NCBI RefSeq assembly: GCF_001194135.2
Contig: NC_068988.1
Location: 59,479,121-59,543,120 of the forward strand
Reading direction: 5' to 3'
DNA: 64,000 nucleotides
From: Octopus bimaculoides
Taxonomy: Eukaryota
This document shows, piece by piece, positions 40,231-54,670 of this stretch; positions within the stretch are counted from its first letter, which is position 1, and every line of letters starts with the position of its first letter. The notes under the pieces are model-generated. The model searched no databases, was not told where the DNA came from, and saw nothing but the letters and a program-made list of their open reading frames with translations. The translations under genes and the position numbers were made by a program.

Positions 40231-41189
40231 TTTTTTTTTTTGCAGTGATTAGTTGAAGTGAAAGGCGAAGTGCGAAAGAAAAAGGAGAAAGAAAAAGAGG
40301 GTAAGGCGAAGAGAGGGAAAGGAAGAGAGAGATCGCTGTGTTTTAATTCTATAAAATTTGGCATAAAGTATATAAAATGTATATGTAAATTGCATTAAGT
40401 AATCTTCGGATTTCAATTTCTTTCACTTTTCATCGATTAGCAGATAAGCGACTTTTGATACAGAAACAACATAGGCTACGCTTTCAGAATTTTTGGATAA
40501 AGTTTTCAGAAATATCCACATAAGTTTACCATTAATTCCGTGAAATATTCATGCGTCCCACTAGTAGAGACTAATTTATAAAGAGTCTTTTTTTTATTAA
40601 GATGAGTTTCTTTCCTTTAATCTTTTATGGATTTTCCATGATCTTTCATTTGACTAAAGGAATTTAAGTAATTTAAATTTCTTTGCATTTCTGATCTTTC
40701 TGACATCTAAGGATGGATATTGGTGTGCATGAGTCTCTTTTTGAATGTAAATCTGGAGAATTGGTGAGGCAATTTTATTTGATATTGGCTTACTCATTTT
40801 GCCTCAGCATAATTTGTCGAAGAGAACGGTGATAATTTTCTGAAATAGCGTTATGAACATGTGGTAAGGTATATAATGTATTTAGGCGATGTCATATTAC
40901 GGCTGCAATTTAATGTTTCAAACAAGTAACGAGAAAATAAAAGATTTGTAAAATATGTTTCCCTCGTTTATTTTTCTCATTCTCTGTTTTATCCTAATAG
41001 TTTTTGTTGATCAATATGTTAAAGACATTCTTGTAAACATATGCAATGGTAAAGTGTAGCTGTTTTGAATCTTATCACGTTGATACTTAACGTCTTTTCT
41101 TTTCATTCAGATAATATGTTAGCTCGTTAATGTGCTTCTCACATGTCATTGTTTTAAAAACATAGATGTTTGCAATACACTCAGCCTCA

Positions 41190-41510
41190 GGAGTAATAGC
41201 GTGTGGCTTCGTACTTAAGAGTATTCGGCTTACGGTCGCAAGGCCATGAGTTCAATTCCCAGCTGTGCGTTCGGTTCTTGAGCAAGACATTATATGTGAC
41301 GTTTTTCCTGTTCACTCAGATGGCAAAGATGAGTTCTACTTGTAATTAAAAAAAGGGCTAGCTTTGTCACCTTCTGTGCCAGTTTGAATTTTTCTGAGAA
41401 CAACGTTTCATTAAACAAGTCTGTGTAGTGCAGGTTAATCTGAAAATGAGGCCGCTTGTTTATTGGCTCAGCCGGAATACTCGTCGTCATAATCGACAGT
41501 GTCATATTTA
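41190..41510 (+). mobile_element. tRNA-headed SINE related to family B, with a CORE-like central segment
   Basis: Head ..catgagttcaattccc; cttgagcaagaca..cactcagatggcaaagatgagt; tail ggaatactcgtcgtcataatcgacagtgtc. Confidence 0.7.
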
Positions 41511-41929
41511 ACCCAGGAAAAACCGGCCACTCTTATCTCACTACCAGCTTAACTTACTGCTAACGTAAATTCTCCTTTGTAGAACATATCTCTGACTGTT
41601 ATATACCTCTCTCCATACAGTATATTATACTAATCCCTGTTATAACGTCAGTATCTACTTTTTGTAAATAACCTGGACTTAGTGGAAATTCCATCTCATA
41701 TCGCATAAATTATATAAATCCTACATATAATCCATCACATACTTTGATGGGAAAGAAATTGAAGTAAAAGCTGAAACAACCATAGGTGATCTATAAACAT
41801 AATACTAGCGTCATTCTTTGCTTTGGTCATTACTGCACTCTAGTATGAATCACCAAACATTTTTTTTCTATGATTTTCATTTTCTGTAGAATGTTGTCTG
41901 GATTAACTGGAGGCATATTTCAGATTTCT

Positions 41930-43081
41930 TTACTTATTCCATTTGTTAGCAAGACATAGTGCTGTGCGCTGCAGTATGCCTGACCTTTTTAGCTCATCCA
42001 AGGAATTGAAATTTTTACCATTAAGACTATTTTGCAGAGACTTGAATAAGTGGAAATCCGAAGGAGCAATATCTGGTGAATATGGAGGGTGGGATAACAC
42101 ATTCCTGCCGAGCTGCAGCAATTTTTGTCTGGTTCCCAAAGAAACGTGCGGTCTTGCATTATCATGTTGGAAGACAACACCATTCCTGTTGGCCAATTCT
42201 GGATGTTTCTCTTGAATTGCTGCTTTTAACTCGTCCAGCTGTGTGCAGTATGTCTCAGAATTAATTGTCTGGTTACTTGGGAGAAGCTCATAGTACAGAA
42301 TTCCTTTCCAATCCCACCAGACACAAGCAAGACATTTTAGGGCGAAGACCCGCTTTTGGGGTGGCTAACGGTGGCTAAGGGTGCCTCATGTCGCTTACTC
42401 CACGATCGCTTTCTCTGAACATTTCGGTAGACAATCCATTTCTCATCACCTGTCACAATTCGCTTTAAAAAGGCGCGTTTTCGTTCCGTTTATAAAGTGA
42501 ATCACAGATGGAAATGCGATCAAAAAGGTTCTTCTCAATCAACTCAAGTGGTAACCAAACATCGTAGCAATTTGTGTACCCAAGCTTTAGCAGGTGCTCA
42601 TGAACGACGGATTTTGATAGGCTGAGGCTTTGTGCCTATTCTCAGGTGGCGCAATGTAGGTTATTCTCAATTAATGACTTGATTTGGTCATCATCTGTAT
42701 TGGATGGTCTGCCTCATCTCTCTTTATCAATAAGGCTACAATCTCCAGCTCGGAACCTTGCGAACCACTTTCGTACAGTTTTTTCGGATAAAGAAACATC
42801 ACCGTAAACTGCACATATTTCTTTGGTTGCTTGTGAGGCATTTTTCCTTTACGGAAAAAGAAAAGCATCAAGTGCCGAAAATGAACTTTCTTATCTTCCA
42901 TTTTAAAGGGTTACAGAATTAACACAGGTTATAGGAAAATAAACTTCTTCCACGAAAAGATAGCTAAACTGCTCTAAATGGAGGTGAAGTCAAATCCTAG
43001 TTTATGGACACAGCCATGTTCTAAAATAAGTCGAAAGGTAAGCTACCATAAATCAGCACAAACTTTCCGGACAAACCAATA
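41930..43081 (-). mobile_element. Mariner (DD34D) element, decayed transposase, one TIR visible
   Basis: MEDKKVHFRHLMLFFFRKG; VVFQHDNARPH; HPPYSPDIAPSDFHLF; TIR tattggtttgtccggaaagtttgtgctgattt at ~43050-43081. Confidence 0.93.
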
Positions 43082-44659
43082 TTATGGCATTAATATCTGC
43101 ATAATATGAGTTGCCTGGAATGAAATATTTTGAACTCTTGTTGTAAAATATTCTCAGATAGTCATTGATAGGAATGGGAGGAAATATTTGTTTTAGTTCA
43201 ACAGGTATCTGGTTTAGAGTTTTTTGGGTGATTACACGTTAATTATTTAATCTACAAACTTTGTTAAGCGATTACATTCTCACTCGAGTTAGATGACCAG
43301 TAAAGTTTATGGGTACGTGCACATTTTTAATTTCATTTGATCTTTGTTAGAAAATATTTTGAAATCATGGTTATATCAAAGGTGCAATTATCATGGTGCA
43401 TGAACAATTTGAAATTCTTATCAAACATTTTGTGTGATACTTTGGTTCGCTGTGAAATGCTGTGAAAATGGTTAGATACATAAATTAAATTAAAAATGAA
43501 ACTGCACCACAATATAATGCGTTTTAACCCTTCTGCTTCATTATTCTTTTATTATTTTTCGTTTAGTCATTCTTTAGTCATTCTATCATTCTGTTAATTC
43601 AAACGCAACTTCACGCATTGTGTACGTACAAAGTTCTAGGTGTGTGGCTATTACAGATTTCAAAGAATAGAATTGCATTTGTGACTCTACCTAATTTTCC
43701 TTTGCTTCCTTGCTGATTTGGAAAACTATATAAGTTTCATTCCATTAAAAAGTACTGTTTGTTTTATCGACATTTCATATTGAATTCAATATCTCAAAGA
43801 GTGCAGAGAAGAACATCAGAATAAGTATACGTAACCGAAATTTAAATAGTTTTAGTATCATCATTAAGTGAAGTATCTGTACTAGAAGGAAAACTTGCAA
43901 CTGGATTTTATAGTAATTCTGCTTTTTTGAGAGAAAATATGTAAATATGAAATACATTTTTTAACTCACAATAGCGCAACGGATAGTCTAGTAAAAGGTT
44001 TACAAGATAAAGCTAGTAATTTCAAGTAAGGAAATGAAAAGGAAATGCTGGTATCAAGGGATCTAGTTGTTTTCATTCGCAAAATATGCATTTTTCAAAA
44101 GGAAGTAAAAAATCTGAAAATCGGTTATAATAATGTAGACTTCCAGTCTCTTTACTCTGAAGGGTTTAAAAATTTTTTTTATATAAATATATTTGTCTAC
44201 ATGCGTTTACTTTATGCATATATATCTTCGTGGTCCTCTTGTCCACTGTTGTTACTTTATATATATCTTCGAAGTGAGTTTGTTTTTAGAATATTCTTTA
44301 CATCAGTTGCTGCCGCTGTCCCATGGTACATTTCTTCTGACTTGATAACAGAAACACCAGAAACTTGTCACAATTTATTCTTTTTTTTTTTTTTTTTTTT
44401 TTTTGTTAACTTCTCAAGAGGCCATATTCGGGCCAAGAAATAATTTCGGCGGGTGTGTATCACTTACAATTCAACAAGACAGCGGAGCGCAACTGGAAAA
44501 TTTTGAGGGAGAAGAACTGCCCCTCCTGAAAAAATATTTTGACTACTGAAGGTATTCCTCCTCTTCCCTCCGTTAGAGACAAAATTGCAGGAGAGGGGGA
44601 GGTTCAAAATCCACCTCGTAGTACCCGCAGTGAAAACATTGCCAACAGTAGTGACGACA

Positions 44660-44772
44660 ATGATAGCGGCGGCGGTGACAGCAGCGGCGGCGGTGACAGC
44701 AGCGGCGGCGGCGTCAGCAGCGGTGACAGCGGAATCAGTAGCGGAGACAGCGGCTGCAGTAGTAGTAGTAAG
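44660..44772. repeat. GC-rich minisatellite, ~18-bp unit agc(agc)ggcggcggtgac degrading into (AGT)n
   Basis: Direct reading. Confidence 0.85.
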
Positions 44773-47164
44773 TGTTAGCAACGTAGTTCACAACACATTA
44801 GAAGGCGCTGACCGTGGTGTAAAGAGTGGAAACAGTGGAAGTGACCACAAATCCACCACCATCATCACCAACAGCAACAGTAGCAAGCAGCAGTAACCAC
44901 AACAACAACAGCGACGATGACGACAACAGAAGCAATAATAAAGATAAAATGTTTGCTGATGTACCAAACACAAAAGGAGAGATGTATGTGATATTGTTGG
45001 GTGAGTAAGCGCGTGAATTCACATAAGCAAAATATAACATCCATTTAGAGGGTAGTAAGGCCGCAAAAAGAAGTACTGCCCACATCCTTAGAAAAACGCT
45101 ATCAAGTTAGATGTCTGTGTTGTAATACATGCAGGAATTTGGTGACTGCCATTGCCACTTCCCCTCCCCAAGCTTTCAGTTATACTGTAACATCATTTAT
45201 CCTTTACTCGCCATAGGGCGCTGGCATTGTCTCGGCAAGTGACTGGAGGAAACATGCATATTAAAAATTAAATAACAATTATAATTATAATAATAACCAG
45301 TACAACGACAACAGCAGCTACAAAACTAGGAATTCACCTTCAGGGACCAAATCTTTTGTGAATTTGATGGTAACTGAGTGATAGATAGAAAGCATTCTCT
45401 CCTATATTTTAACTACCTTCAAAACCACACTTCAAATTTCTTGCGTAGTTAACTGAAAGTGGATTTTACTAACCAATGTTGGTATATTTTACGTATTAGT
45501 AAGTTGTTTAGATACATCTAAAGCCTGTTTGACGGGCCGCAGGTGAAACATATTTTAGTCGTGGTCCTCTTGTCAACTTTTTTGTGTTACAATATCCGGC
45601 ACACAAAAGAATTCTCTGTATTTTAGAGATATTGGGATGTATTTAACTGTATTTAGCAAGTCAAACAATTCGAAGCTCCTTTCGAGATGGAAGTAATATA
45701 TCTTAATTTCAGTGACATCTAAATAACTAAGCATTGTTATCTAAAAATCTATGACGTTATTCCAATATGAGTTTCTCATCTTGTTATTTCATTTGAAATC
45801 TTTTTTGATTTCATTTTCTTTTACTTTCATTATCATCTCCCCTTTGACTATTTGTTTCCGTTTCTCCCTTTCATTCTTATCTTCTTAACTGGAATATTTC
45901 TAAAACTTTGGTAAATAAACGGTGACTTATCTATGGAGACATTCACATAAATTCAATATTGGTATCAAAAGCTTGAAATGATGTATTATATGAATGCTTC
46001 TATTTAAGTAGTTTACCGATGTAAATTCGAATATCAACGTATCAATGCTTACATCTTTTCTTAAATTAATTATACTTCCCTTAGACATAATATGAAGAAC
46101 ATCTGCATCAATTTTGGCAAATCAGAATATTTTTCTGTTCACTCAAACTTACATATCATTTATTAATACGTCCCCTAGATCAACTAAACATACATAAAAC
46201 TTGACATTTACCAAACAATTATTCAGTGTTAACACTGCAACAAAGACATCTCGTCTTCAGATAATTCAGAGTAAATTATTAAAATACGATTAAATAAGTA
46301 AGACTCTTGTAGAAGGCATGAGTTAAATATCGCTATCATTATGAAATGCAAGAAGAATTAAAATCGCTATGTAACACATGTACACAATCGCAAATCCGTC
46401 AATTGTAAATTCATTCATAATGTGTTATAATAATGTTTTCAATGCGTAGTTTGTGCATTGGTTATATATCGTGCCTCAATGTATATGCTCACACAAATGA
46501 AATACAATATTGGTAACACACACACATATAGTTACAAGCAATTGATTATTCACTATATTTCTATGTAATAAACTGATGTTAGAAATTTGCAAATTTGCAC
46601 AAATTATGTGATTGCAGACGAGAACAATTTACGAGTCAACGATAAGGTCGGGAGTATCCTTGGTGTGATGTGATCTAGAAATGGCCTGAAGTTCTACTGT
46701 ATGTCACACCTGACCGATTTAATAGAAACCTAAAGGGACTTTCTTGAATGAAAGCTTTGGGGTAAATGCTATTAAAGGGAAATAACTATTTGATCCAGGA
46801 TATTAATTTAGATATCGTTCAAACTGATAGGCTGCTGATGTTGTAAGTTCTAGATATGCAATGGTTACGCTGGTAGCATAAAACATTTCGGATACATCAA
46901 ATTCTCTATTACATGAGAAATCTTTTAGATAATGATGGTGCATTGTACATTGTGAGGTACATATGCGTACTCACGAATTTCTTCAAACTAAGTGTATCAT
47001 CACTCTGGCTAAACACTGATTGATTTCTCCTAGATGATGTGTAGTTGCATCAAATTTTGCTTGACGTATAGAGTGAATCGGCCTCAGTACTCAGAACAGG
47101 AGAAGTGGATGGAGAATCAGCTTCAGTACTCAACTGGTCTTTTATAGCCCTTGGCAGTGTGGTC

Positions 47165-48170
47165 TTTATTTTTTAACATAGACCCTCTACCCTTCAGGTC
47201 CACACACATCTTCCGACGATATAGCAGAGCTTGGGTCCCTTTGGAAAGAAGCTTCTATCTTGCTTGTGAAAAGATTATGAAATCGTCAACAGTATGAATG
47301 ACCTCTTCCTCACTGTAATACTGCTTTCCAACTGAGTGTTTATTTCATGTTGGATAACAAATAATAGTCAGATGGGGTCTAATTAGGAGAATTGGGAGAA
47401 TGATCAACCAATTCAAGGAAGCACAGAAGCCATCGAAACGAAAAAATTGTGCGATGGAGAATGGTCCAGAGGAGATATGACCCCTTTTGTAATTTTCCCC
47501 AGTTGTTAGGCTTGCTAGCCTTTTGTAACTGCCTTAGCAAACTGGCCAAGAACTGCTCTTCGGTATTGTAGCCGTTTAAAAGTCAGTCAATAAACAACAA
47601 TGCCGTTTGTATCCCACAAAAATGAGTTCATCAACTTCCCAGCAGATGAAACGATCTTGGTTTTCCTCGAGTCATGGATTATATCTCTGACTCTGGCTCC
47701 AAGGGTTGAGCCTCACACTTATCCTTAGCCAAGGAGACATTCAAGGAAATCATGTGTATCTGTCTGAAACAATGTCAAATTTTCACAAGATGTGCTCAGC
47801 TTGGTACGGTTTTGATCAAATGTTAGATAACGTGGCACTAACCGAACCGAAACTTTAGCATGCTAAATCATTGTGGAAAATATTCTAAAACCTATAATAA
47901 GGATATGCTAATTACATTGGCTTTTCATTTATAGTCAGTTACATGTCATTCATCACTATGTGGTGAGCAAGATCAAAATTCTCCTTGGTGGTAGCTGTTG
48001 CATGCCAAACAGATAAACTTGAAGTCTCTCCCGTCTCCTAAAATCAGCAGCCAACATTAACATTTGCACTGTTGATAAATCCGAGAGCCAACCTCTATAG
48101 ATTTCGAGGTTAAACGATTTTGCTCCAGGTATTATCAAATACCATCATGCCACTTTTTGTCTAGAGGAAT
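47165..48170 (-). pseudogene. Near full-length decayed mariner transposase (irritans/Hsmar2-like)
   Basis: N-terminal DKKWHDG; LSTVQ..AADFRR; VPRYLTFDQ (a WVPRLLT-like motif); KIVSSAGK..FLWDTNGIV; ELVDHSPNSP..PSDYYL..NMK. Confidence 0.85.
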
Positions 48171-48923
48171 CACTACTTGTTACATTGGAAATGCTGTTTA
48201 AACAATCAAAAGCCTGTTTACCTAAAAAGAAACAATGATGTTATTAGTACGGAAGACGGAAACTAATTTCTATTAATGTGGAAATATATGTTGTTTCCCT
48301 TCTCCAGTCGGCGACACCACTTCACATTGCCATAGTACCATTTACAATTCACTTGATATACATATATCAGAGAAACAATTTGAAATAACGCCTTTTTTTC
48401 CCGATGGCACTCTTTAAACATGAAAAACACAGTTACCCTCATACCTAAAGTGCAACTAACAACGAATTAATTGTTTTATTAGCAAGACAGGTTGTTTAAA
48501 TCATCCAAGAACCTGCGAACACGAAATAAATATTGTTGCTAAAAATTTCAAAACAAGTTTGTGGTATTTTTGATCGAACATATCCTTCATAAACAGGTTA
48601 ATGTAATTGCATATCCTTCTTCATCTCTCTCTCTCTCTCTTTATTTTTTCTCTCTCTCTCTTTATTTTGTCTCACTCCCTGTCTCACTCCCTGTCTCTCT
48701 CACACACACACATGTATATATACATATATATATATATGTATATGTACATGTGGGCGTATTTAGGCGTTTGCAATTGCATTAGAAATTCCATTGTGAAAGA
48801 CACTCTTAATGGCTTGTATTCTATCAATTCACATACGATCGAATAGTGACACACAGCTTAAACACACTGCAAATATCCATCTATCTATCATCTCTCTCTC
48901 TCTATATATATATACATATATAT

Positions 48924-48972
<49 letters not shown>

Positions 48973-49077
48973 TAGATAGATAGATAGCTAGATAGATAGA
49001 TAACTAGAAAGATATAGATACAGATGTTATATATATATATATGTATATACACACATGTGTGTGTGTGGGTGTGTCCG

Positions 49078-49396
49078 GTTGAGGCGCAATCGTCCATTTG
49101 TTAGAGCAGTCGACTCGCAGTCGTAGGATGGAGGTTTCGATTCCCAAACCGGGCTTTGTGATTATTAAGCGAAGACACCTAAAGCTCCACGAAGCTTTGG
49201 CAGGGTGTATTGGCGAAGCCTGCTGTACTCCTTTCACCACAACTTTCTTTCACTCTTTCTTACTGTTTCTGTTGTAACTGTATTTCAAAGGGCCAACCTT
49301 GTCATACATTTTGTTACGTTGAATCTCCCCGAGAACTACGTTAAGGGGTACGCGATCAAGTGGAACCCTCATCGTGGTAATCGACAGGGTGCCACG

Positions 49397-49400
<4 letters not shown>
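49078..49400 (+). mobile_element. SINE family B copy
   Basis: gaggcgcaat..gactcgcagtcgtaggat..ggtttcgattcc..cacctaaagctccacga..gagaactacgttaaggg..ggaaccctcatcgt. Confidence 0.85.
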
Positions 49401-49456
<56 letters not shown>

Positions 49457-50169
49457 TTGTGTTTGCATATATATATGTGTGTGTGTGTCTGCGTGTGTGT
49501 GTATGTTTGTTTGTATATATGTATAAATGAAACAAGTGATTAATATCTTGGTGGGTTCGATTGTGTATGTACTGGACATATCGGGAACCTCTCATTCACA
49601 CGAGAAAATATTATAGCTGACATGGTGGAAATTGTTAATAAATTCTCCGCAAACAACTTTTAATTAAATCGAAGTGAGATAGAGCATTGTCTGGATAAAT
49701 TGTCTTAAAATATGTTGGGAGACAATGATGTCTAGCATGCTTACAAAATAGGTTTCCTCGATCTGGTTTGACGTGATATTAACAATGAGGAAAATCAGCT
49801 TCTCATCACGGAAATAGATATTGATTTTCAGTCAATCGATATAAACCACTGAGATCATACTGCGTCATCATCATGTAATTAACAAAGCCAAAGACTAGCC
49901 ATAATCTTCTCTGGGATCAAAAAAACTTCAAATCATAGGCGTTTTTAATTAGTATCCATGCTCAAGAGACATCTTGATGTTTGATTTCATTATTAACGCG
50001 TCAAATAAATGTATCGAAACAGCTGTTAGAAATTGTTAAATTACAGAGCAAAAGAAAGACCTTCAAGAAGATGACGAGATATCAACAGATATACAGTTAC
50101 CTATACTTGGATATGTTCCGACCAAAGATTGGTCTAGACGGTGTCTAACTTAATAGCTTGATAGGATTG

Positions 50170-50607
50170 GCGATTCAAAAATGATTAACTTTTGTGACGA
50201 GAAAGTAGCAAAGTATAGGCTTCCAAACATTGCTATTTCTGATTTTCATTGAGTTCATGTGGAACCCACTTATCCAACATTTTCATATCACCGATTTGAA
50301 CTAGATGAGTCAATATTGTTTGCTTGCTAGTACCAAACAAGAACGATAATTCACGAGCTCTTTGAGATGGATCCGACTCGACGGTCGCATTCAGTTCGAC
50401 ATTATCCACCTTTGTTTCTGGTAGACCACATTGCTTATTTTTAAGGTAAAAATTACCGGAACGAAATTTTGCAAACCAATTTGATACTGTTTGCTTTGTA
50501 ATAACATTAGAATGAAATACTTCATTGCTATTTCGAGCTGTCTGTGACGGTGTATTTGCAAGAAAGAACTCATATTTCAAAACGGTACGAATTTTCGACT
50601 TATCCAT
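50170..50607 (-). pseudogene. Mariner transposase N-terminal half (cecropia/Hsmar1-like)
   Basis: 124-aa open stretch MDKSKIRTVLKYEF..WFAKFRSGNF..HLVQIG..LDKWVPHELNENQK with the WVPHEL motif. Confidence 0.92.
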
Positions 50608-50899
50608 CCCTAAATATAAATAGCAAACAAATTATTTATAAATATTTTATAAAGCGCAAAATGAGTTAGAATAAAGAAATAGATGTCTCAGCCTTCCAAC
50701 AAAAAAATAAAGTTTGTCAAAATATAATAATGGTGGAAAATGAGCAGCTCTCAAACTTCACCATATACCTTACTACACATTTCATACTTGACGACCTAAT
50801 GTTTACTTAGATCATTTGGAGCTCACAGCTGTCACTATCTGCAGAAAATGTGCTTCTTCAACCAAGCGTGTGCACGATATCCTCAAGCTCACCCCATTT

Positions 50900-51110
50900 T
50901 ATAAGGATGCCTCGACAATAACGAAACATTGAATAAAATGGACCAAAACATCAATTTCACCACGAATGGCAATAGTTCCCTCTCCTTGATTGACTTTTGG
51001 CTAAGCATCACAAGTGAGGGTAAAAATGACACACTGTTGTACCGAAAGACAGGTTACTGTGATCTCTTTGCCCATTACAGAGACGCATTTCCCGCTACTA
51101 CCATGACACT
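50900..51110 (+). pseudogene. Penelope-like RT thumb fragment (second, older family)
   Basis: LNKMDQNINFT..SLSLIDFWLS..DTLLYRKTGYCDLFAHY resembles LNSxxPxIxFT..LPFLDV..YRKPTHTDLYLHY. Confidence 0.7.
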
Positions 51111-51651
51111 TACCACTACCAGGTTTCTCATCTACACAAATGAACACAACACAATCACATCTACTATTACCACCATTGAATTCATCGCTTAGACTGCCGC
51201 ATTCACAACCACTAATTCTACCAACTTAAAGCCTACAGCCACTTTTCCCCGTCCCCACTCTAATATCTACGGTATCGGCTACAATAGCATTTGTGGAACT
51301 GTTTATGCGAGCACCAACACCAGACTATGTAAAACGGCAGAATATATGTAAATGCACAATTCTCTGACTGTTTTCGTTTCAAGAGAGTATTTTGCACCCG
51401 AAATATAAAAGTTTCAAAAAATCTTTACATTTCTACCTCCTTACCAGCTTTCCATATTTCTGATTTCGTTCAATTTTTTCAAGGATATACATATATATAC
51501 ANNNNNNNNNNNNNNNNNNNNNNNNNNNNNNNNNNNNNNNNNNNNNNNNNNNNNNNNNNNNNNNNNNNNNNNNNNNNNNNNNNNNNNNNNNNNNNNNNNN
51601 NNNNNNNNNNNNNNNNNNNNNNNNNNNNNNNNNNNNNNNNNNNNNNNNNNN

Positions 51652-51687
<36 letters not shown>

Positions 51688-54629
51688 ATGTGTGTGTGTC
51701 TGGGCTTGCGTATGTGTGTTTGTGTGTGTGCAATATAATGCATGTTCATCCATAATTGTGTATTAAATTTTCCTGTATAATCTGAAGGGATGACCAGCGA
51801 AAAAATTGCATCGATTGACGAATGCTCTGTCATGATAACTAGACAGATACTGCTCGCAGCTAAATTACTTTGAATTTATATTTTATCTGAAATACGATCT
51901 TCTAAGTAGAAGTTTTCGAGTCAGTCTAGCGCAAATAATGATTGTTTACTTAGATACAAGGTCGCACAAGTATTGATTTATGGAAAAGTGGTAAATTGAT
52001 TAATTGCGCTGCTAATACAGTCCCAAATCATTTAGTATGGCATTGATCGTCTAATAATGAACTGGAAATAACATATGTTCTTAATGTATAGATGGAATGA
52101 ATCTAAACTGGGGGATATACTTTATCCTTTGGCTCTTGTATCATCTACAGGAATGATTATGGGCTTTAAGAGCGATCACTTTTATCTTGAATGTTATGAC
52201 GAGTTTAACGGCCTAAGATGGAATTTGCATATTGCAACGTAGATTCTTTAATGAGGAAGTCCCTGGCCATTGTTTTCAAATTTTCTCTCTTAGCCAAGTG
52301 TCTGTGATGGATCATAAATGAAACAGTACCAATTTTACCAAATATAAGTTCTACAACATTATGTCAATATATGCTATGACACAAATATATGTGGTTGAAT
52401 ATATTTTTGTGTTTCGTTGACCACGAACAAGAGATTGAACGTTACAGGAATCTGAAATTGAATCATGAAGAGAACTGCCGTTCATTAACTCGACAATTTA
52501 TGTAATATAATTTACTGTTTTCCTGTTGTATCTCTCATTCGTAACACACTACAATGGTAGAAACATTTAAACACGGAAAGTACCATTGCAGTATTAATTG
52601 CAGACATTTACTTTGTAGACTTGAATGCCTGTTGATATCAACAATACCATTCATACATCTGTCACCTAATGGGTTCGGTGTAGTAGATGACCTCCCATCC
52701 AAGCAAAATAGTTCAAATTCTGTTTCATTTGGAAAGAGTTGTATCAACTGTACTCAGCGCATACGCTTACAATGCTGCAAAACATACAACAGCTAAACTT
52801 ATAGCATTATTTTAAAAATTACTGCACATAGTACTCGTGAAATGTCTCCTTCTGTAACACTGACATTTAAGTGATACGTAATATACAGAAACACTATGGA
52901 AACCGGTTTAAATGTATGTGCTTACTGGGTCTTTGATACTACTTGAGACATGCTAAACGATATCATATAGCCTTCCGGTAAGCATTTAAGATGGTTCCTT
53001 CGAAGGGTAAATTCTGTTTGAAGAACCATATTCAGAAGAACTACATTGGTCATAGATACTGACTTTCTCTATTTCAGAACCGTGGAACACTTAAAAAGAC
53101 GTATGCAAAATACTTTCGTTGGACAATAGTATAAATGTTTTGGTAATAAGCTTTCATTGAATTATATGTATTCTTTACAGCAGTCACATTCGTAGATATG
53201 TTTTATAAAAGCATACTCCTTATGAAAACCAACTTAGTTTTTTAAAAAAACTACATAATTAAAAAGAATTCAAATTCACTCTCGATATTTTTCGCTTCAT
53301 ACTCTCTAATTATTTCCATTCATTGTGCAGAAACTTTTGATTTATGGAGGGAAAAAATATTTTAGTCTTATATTTTTGTTATACTTATTCTAACATTTCC
53401 ATTATTTGCAACAGGTGGAATTTTCGGAAAAAAAATATTTACTCATTTTTATTTCATATGTTGGTCACTGTATCGTGTTCTGTCTGCCTGCCTGCTAATT
53501 TTTTTCTCCGCCTCCCTCCAGATTTTTTGTATTTATGAAGCTATATACATATAACTACATATTTATCGATCGATCAATTTATGACTTTGCGTAATTTCTC
53601 TAACATAGCTGGACGATTTCAAATATTTCAAACAAAAACCGACTAAAAGTAAATTTAATAAATGTAGTATGCTTCCTTTTTCGTTACGATTTCCAATTCC
53701 TATTGTGTTTTAAGTTTTCTTTTTTTCTAATTCTCTGTTACAGCATTTACGACTTAGTTAAAGCACAATCTCTCTTACCCTTTTCCTTAAACATAAAATC
53801 ACAATTTAAATATGATTTGTGATTTCAATGAAATATCGAAAAAAGTCATAAAATAAATATATTGAAAGAGATAGAAATTAAATTAATTGATCTTCACAGC
53901 ATTACTTGAAATCTGAATAGAAATAAACCTTGAGAGAGATTCCCTTAAAATGATAATTGCGATCCATTTACAAAGAATATTGCGAGAGTCTTAGAATTTG
54001 AATTAACAATTACAGCTTTGTTTGCTACTAAGAATGGTTTTGTTATCATTTTAATTTTTCGCAGCAGTAATTGCATTGTTAATAAGAGTGGTGAATATCT
54101 GAATACTTTTAAAGTTAACACATAATGTTCAAGGTAAAATTTAATTACGTATCTTCAATCAATTACAGCGTTTATATTTTAATAATGACACAGGCACCAT
54201 TACTAAACGAGTAAAATTTTAAATGAAACGTGTAACATATTTGTCTAAGAATTCTATATTGTAAACTATGAAGCGAATTTAAATAATATTCAAAGTTAAT
54301 TCTCATGACATTAAAAATCTTCACAGAAATTTATTTTCTACAAGATATGAAATTAATTTCTTCTCCTTATTTTCACTTATACATACATAGACACATACGT
54401 AGTTACATGCATGAATTATATGTATGTGTATATGTACATATGTGTATAATAAAACGAAACTACAGAACAAGGAGGCGAAAAATAAAAAGATTCAAACAAA
54501 TGTGAGGGCATAGGACAAGCAAAGTATTAATATAACGCTACTTGAAAGACAATAGTAGCTCTTCTTCCTCGGAAACAAGAAAAACAGTAAAGTCCAAAGG
54601 GAAAAATGAAGTAAGAAAAAATTCGCCAC

Positions 54630-54670
54630 GAGTCCACGTGCGGTTACACTTTTGAAGTGACCGGAAGTAG
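54630..54670. promoter_or_regulatory. E-box (CACGTG, 54635-54640) and ETS (CCGGAAGT, 54661-54668) motif pair
   Basis: Two canonical core-promoter motifs 20 bp apart in a CpG-containing patch; no transcript evidence. Confidence 0.22.

Noticed and set aside
44464-44896. Overlapping Ala/Thr- or Gly/Ser-rich ORFs on both strands, one ending at a GTAAGT donor
   Set aside because: The openness is explained by a stop-poor GC minisatellite. There is no recognisable domain and no convincing acceptor.
52535-52796. Minus-strand FELFCLDG motif resembling transferrin ELLCLDG, with an upstream ttttgcag acceptor
   Set aside because: There is an in-frame stop between the acceptor and the motif and no CHLA/HAVV continuation. 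The opposite strand equally resembles a decayed CR1 RT (GVV-D), so the match is likely chance.
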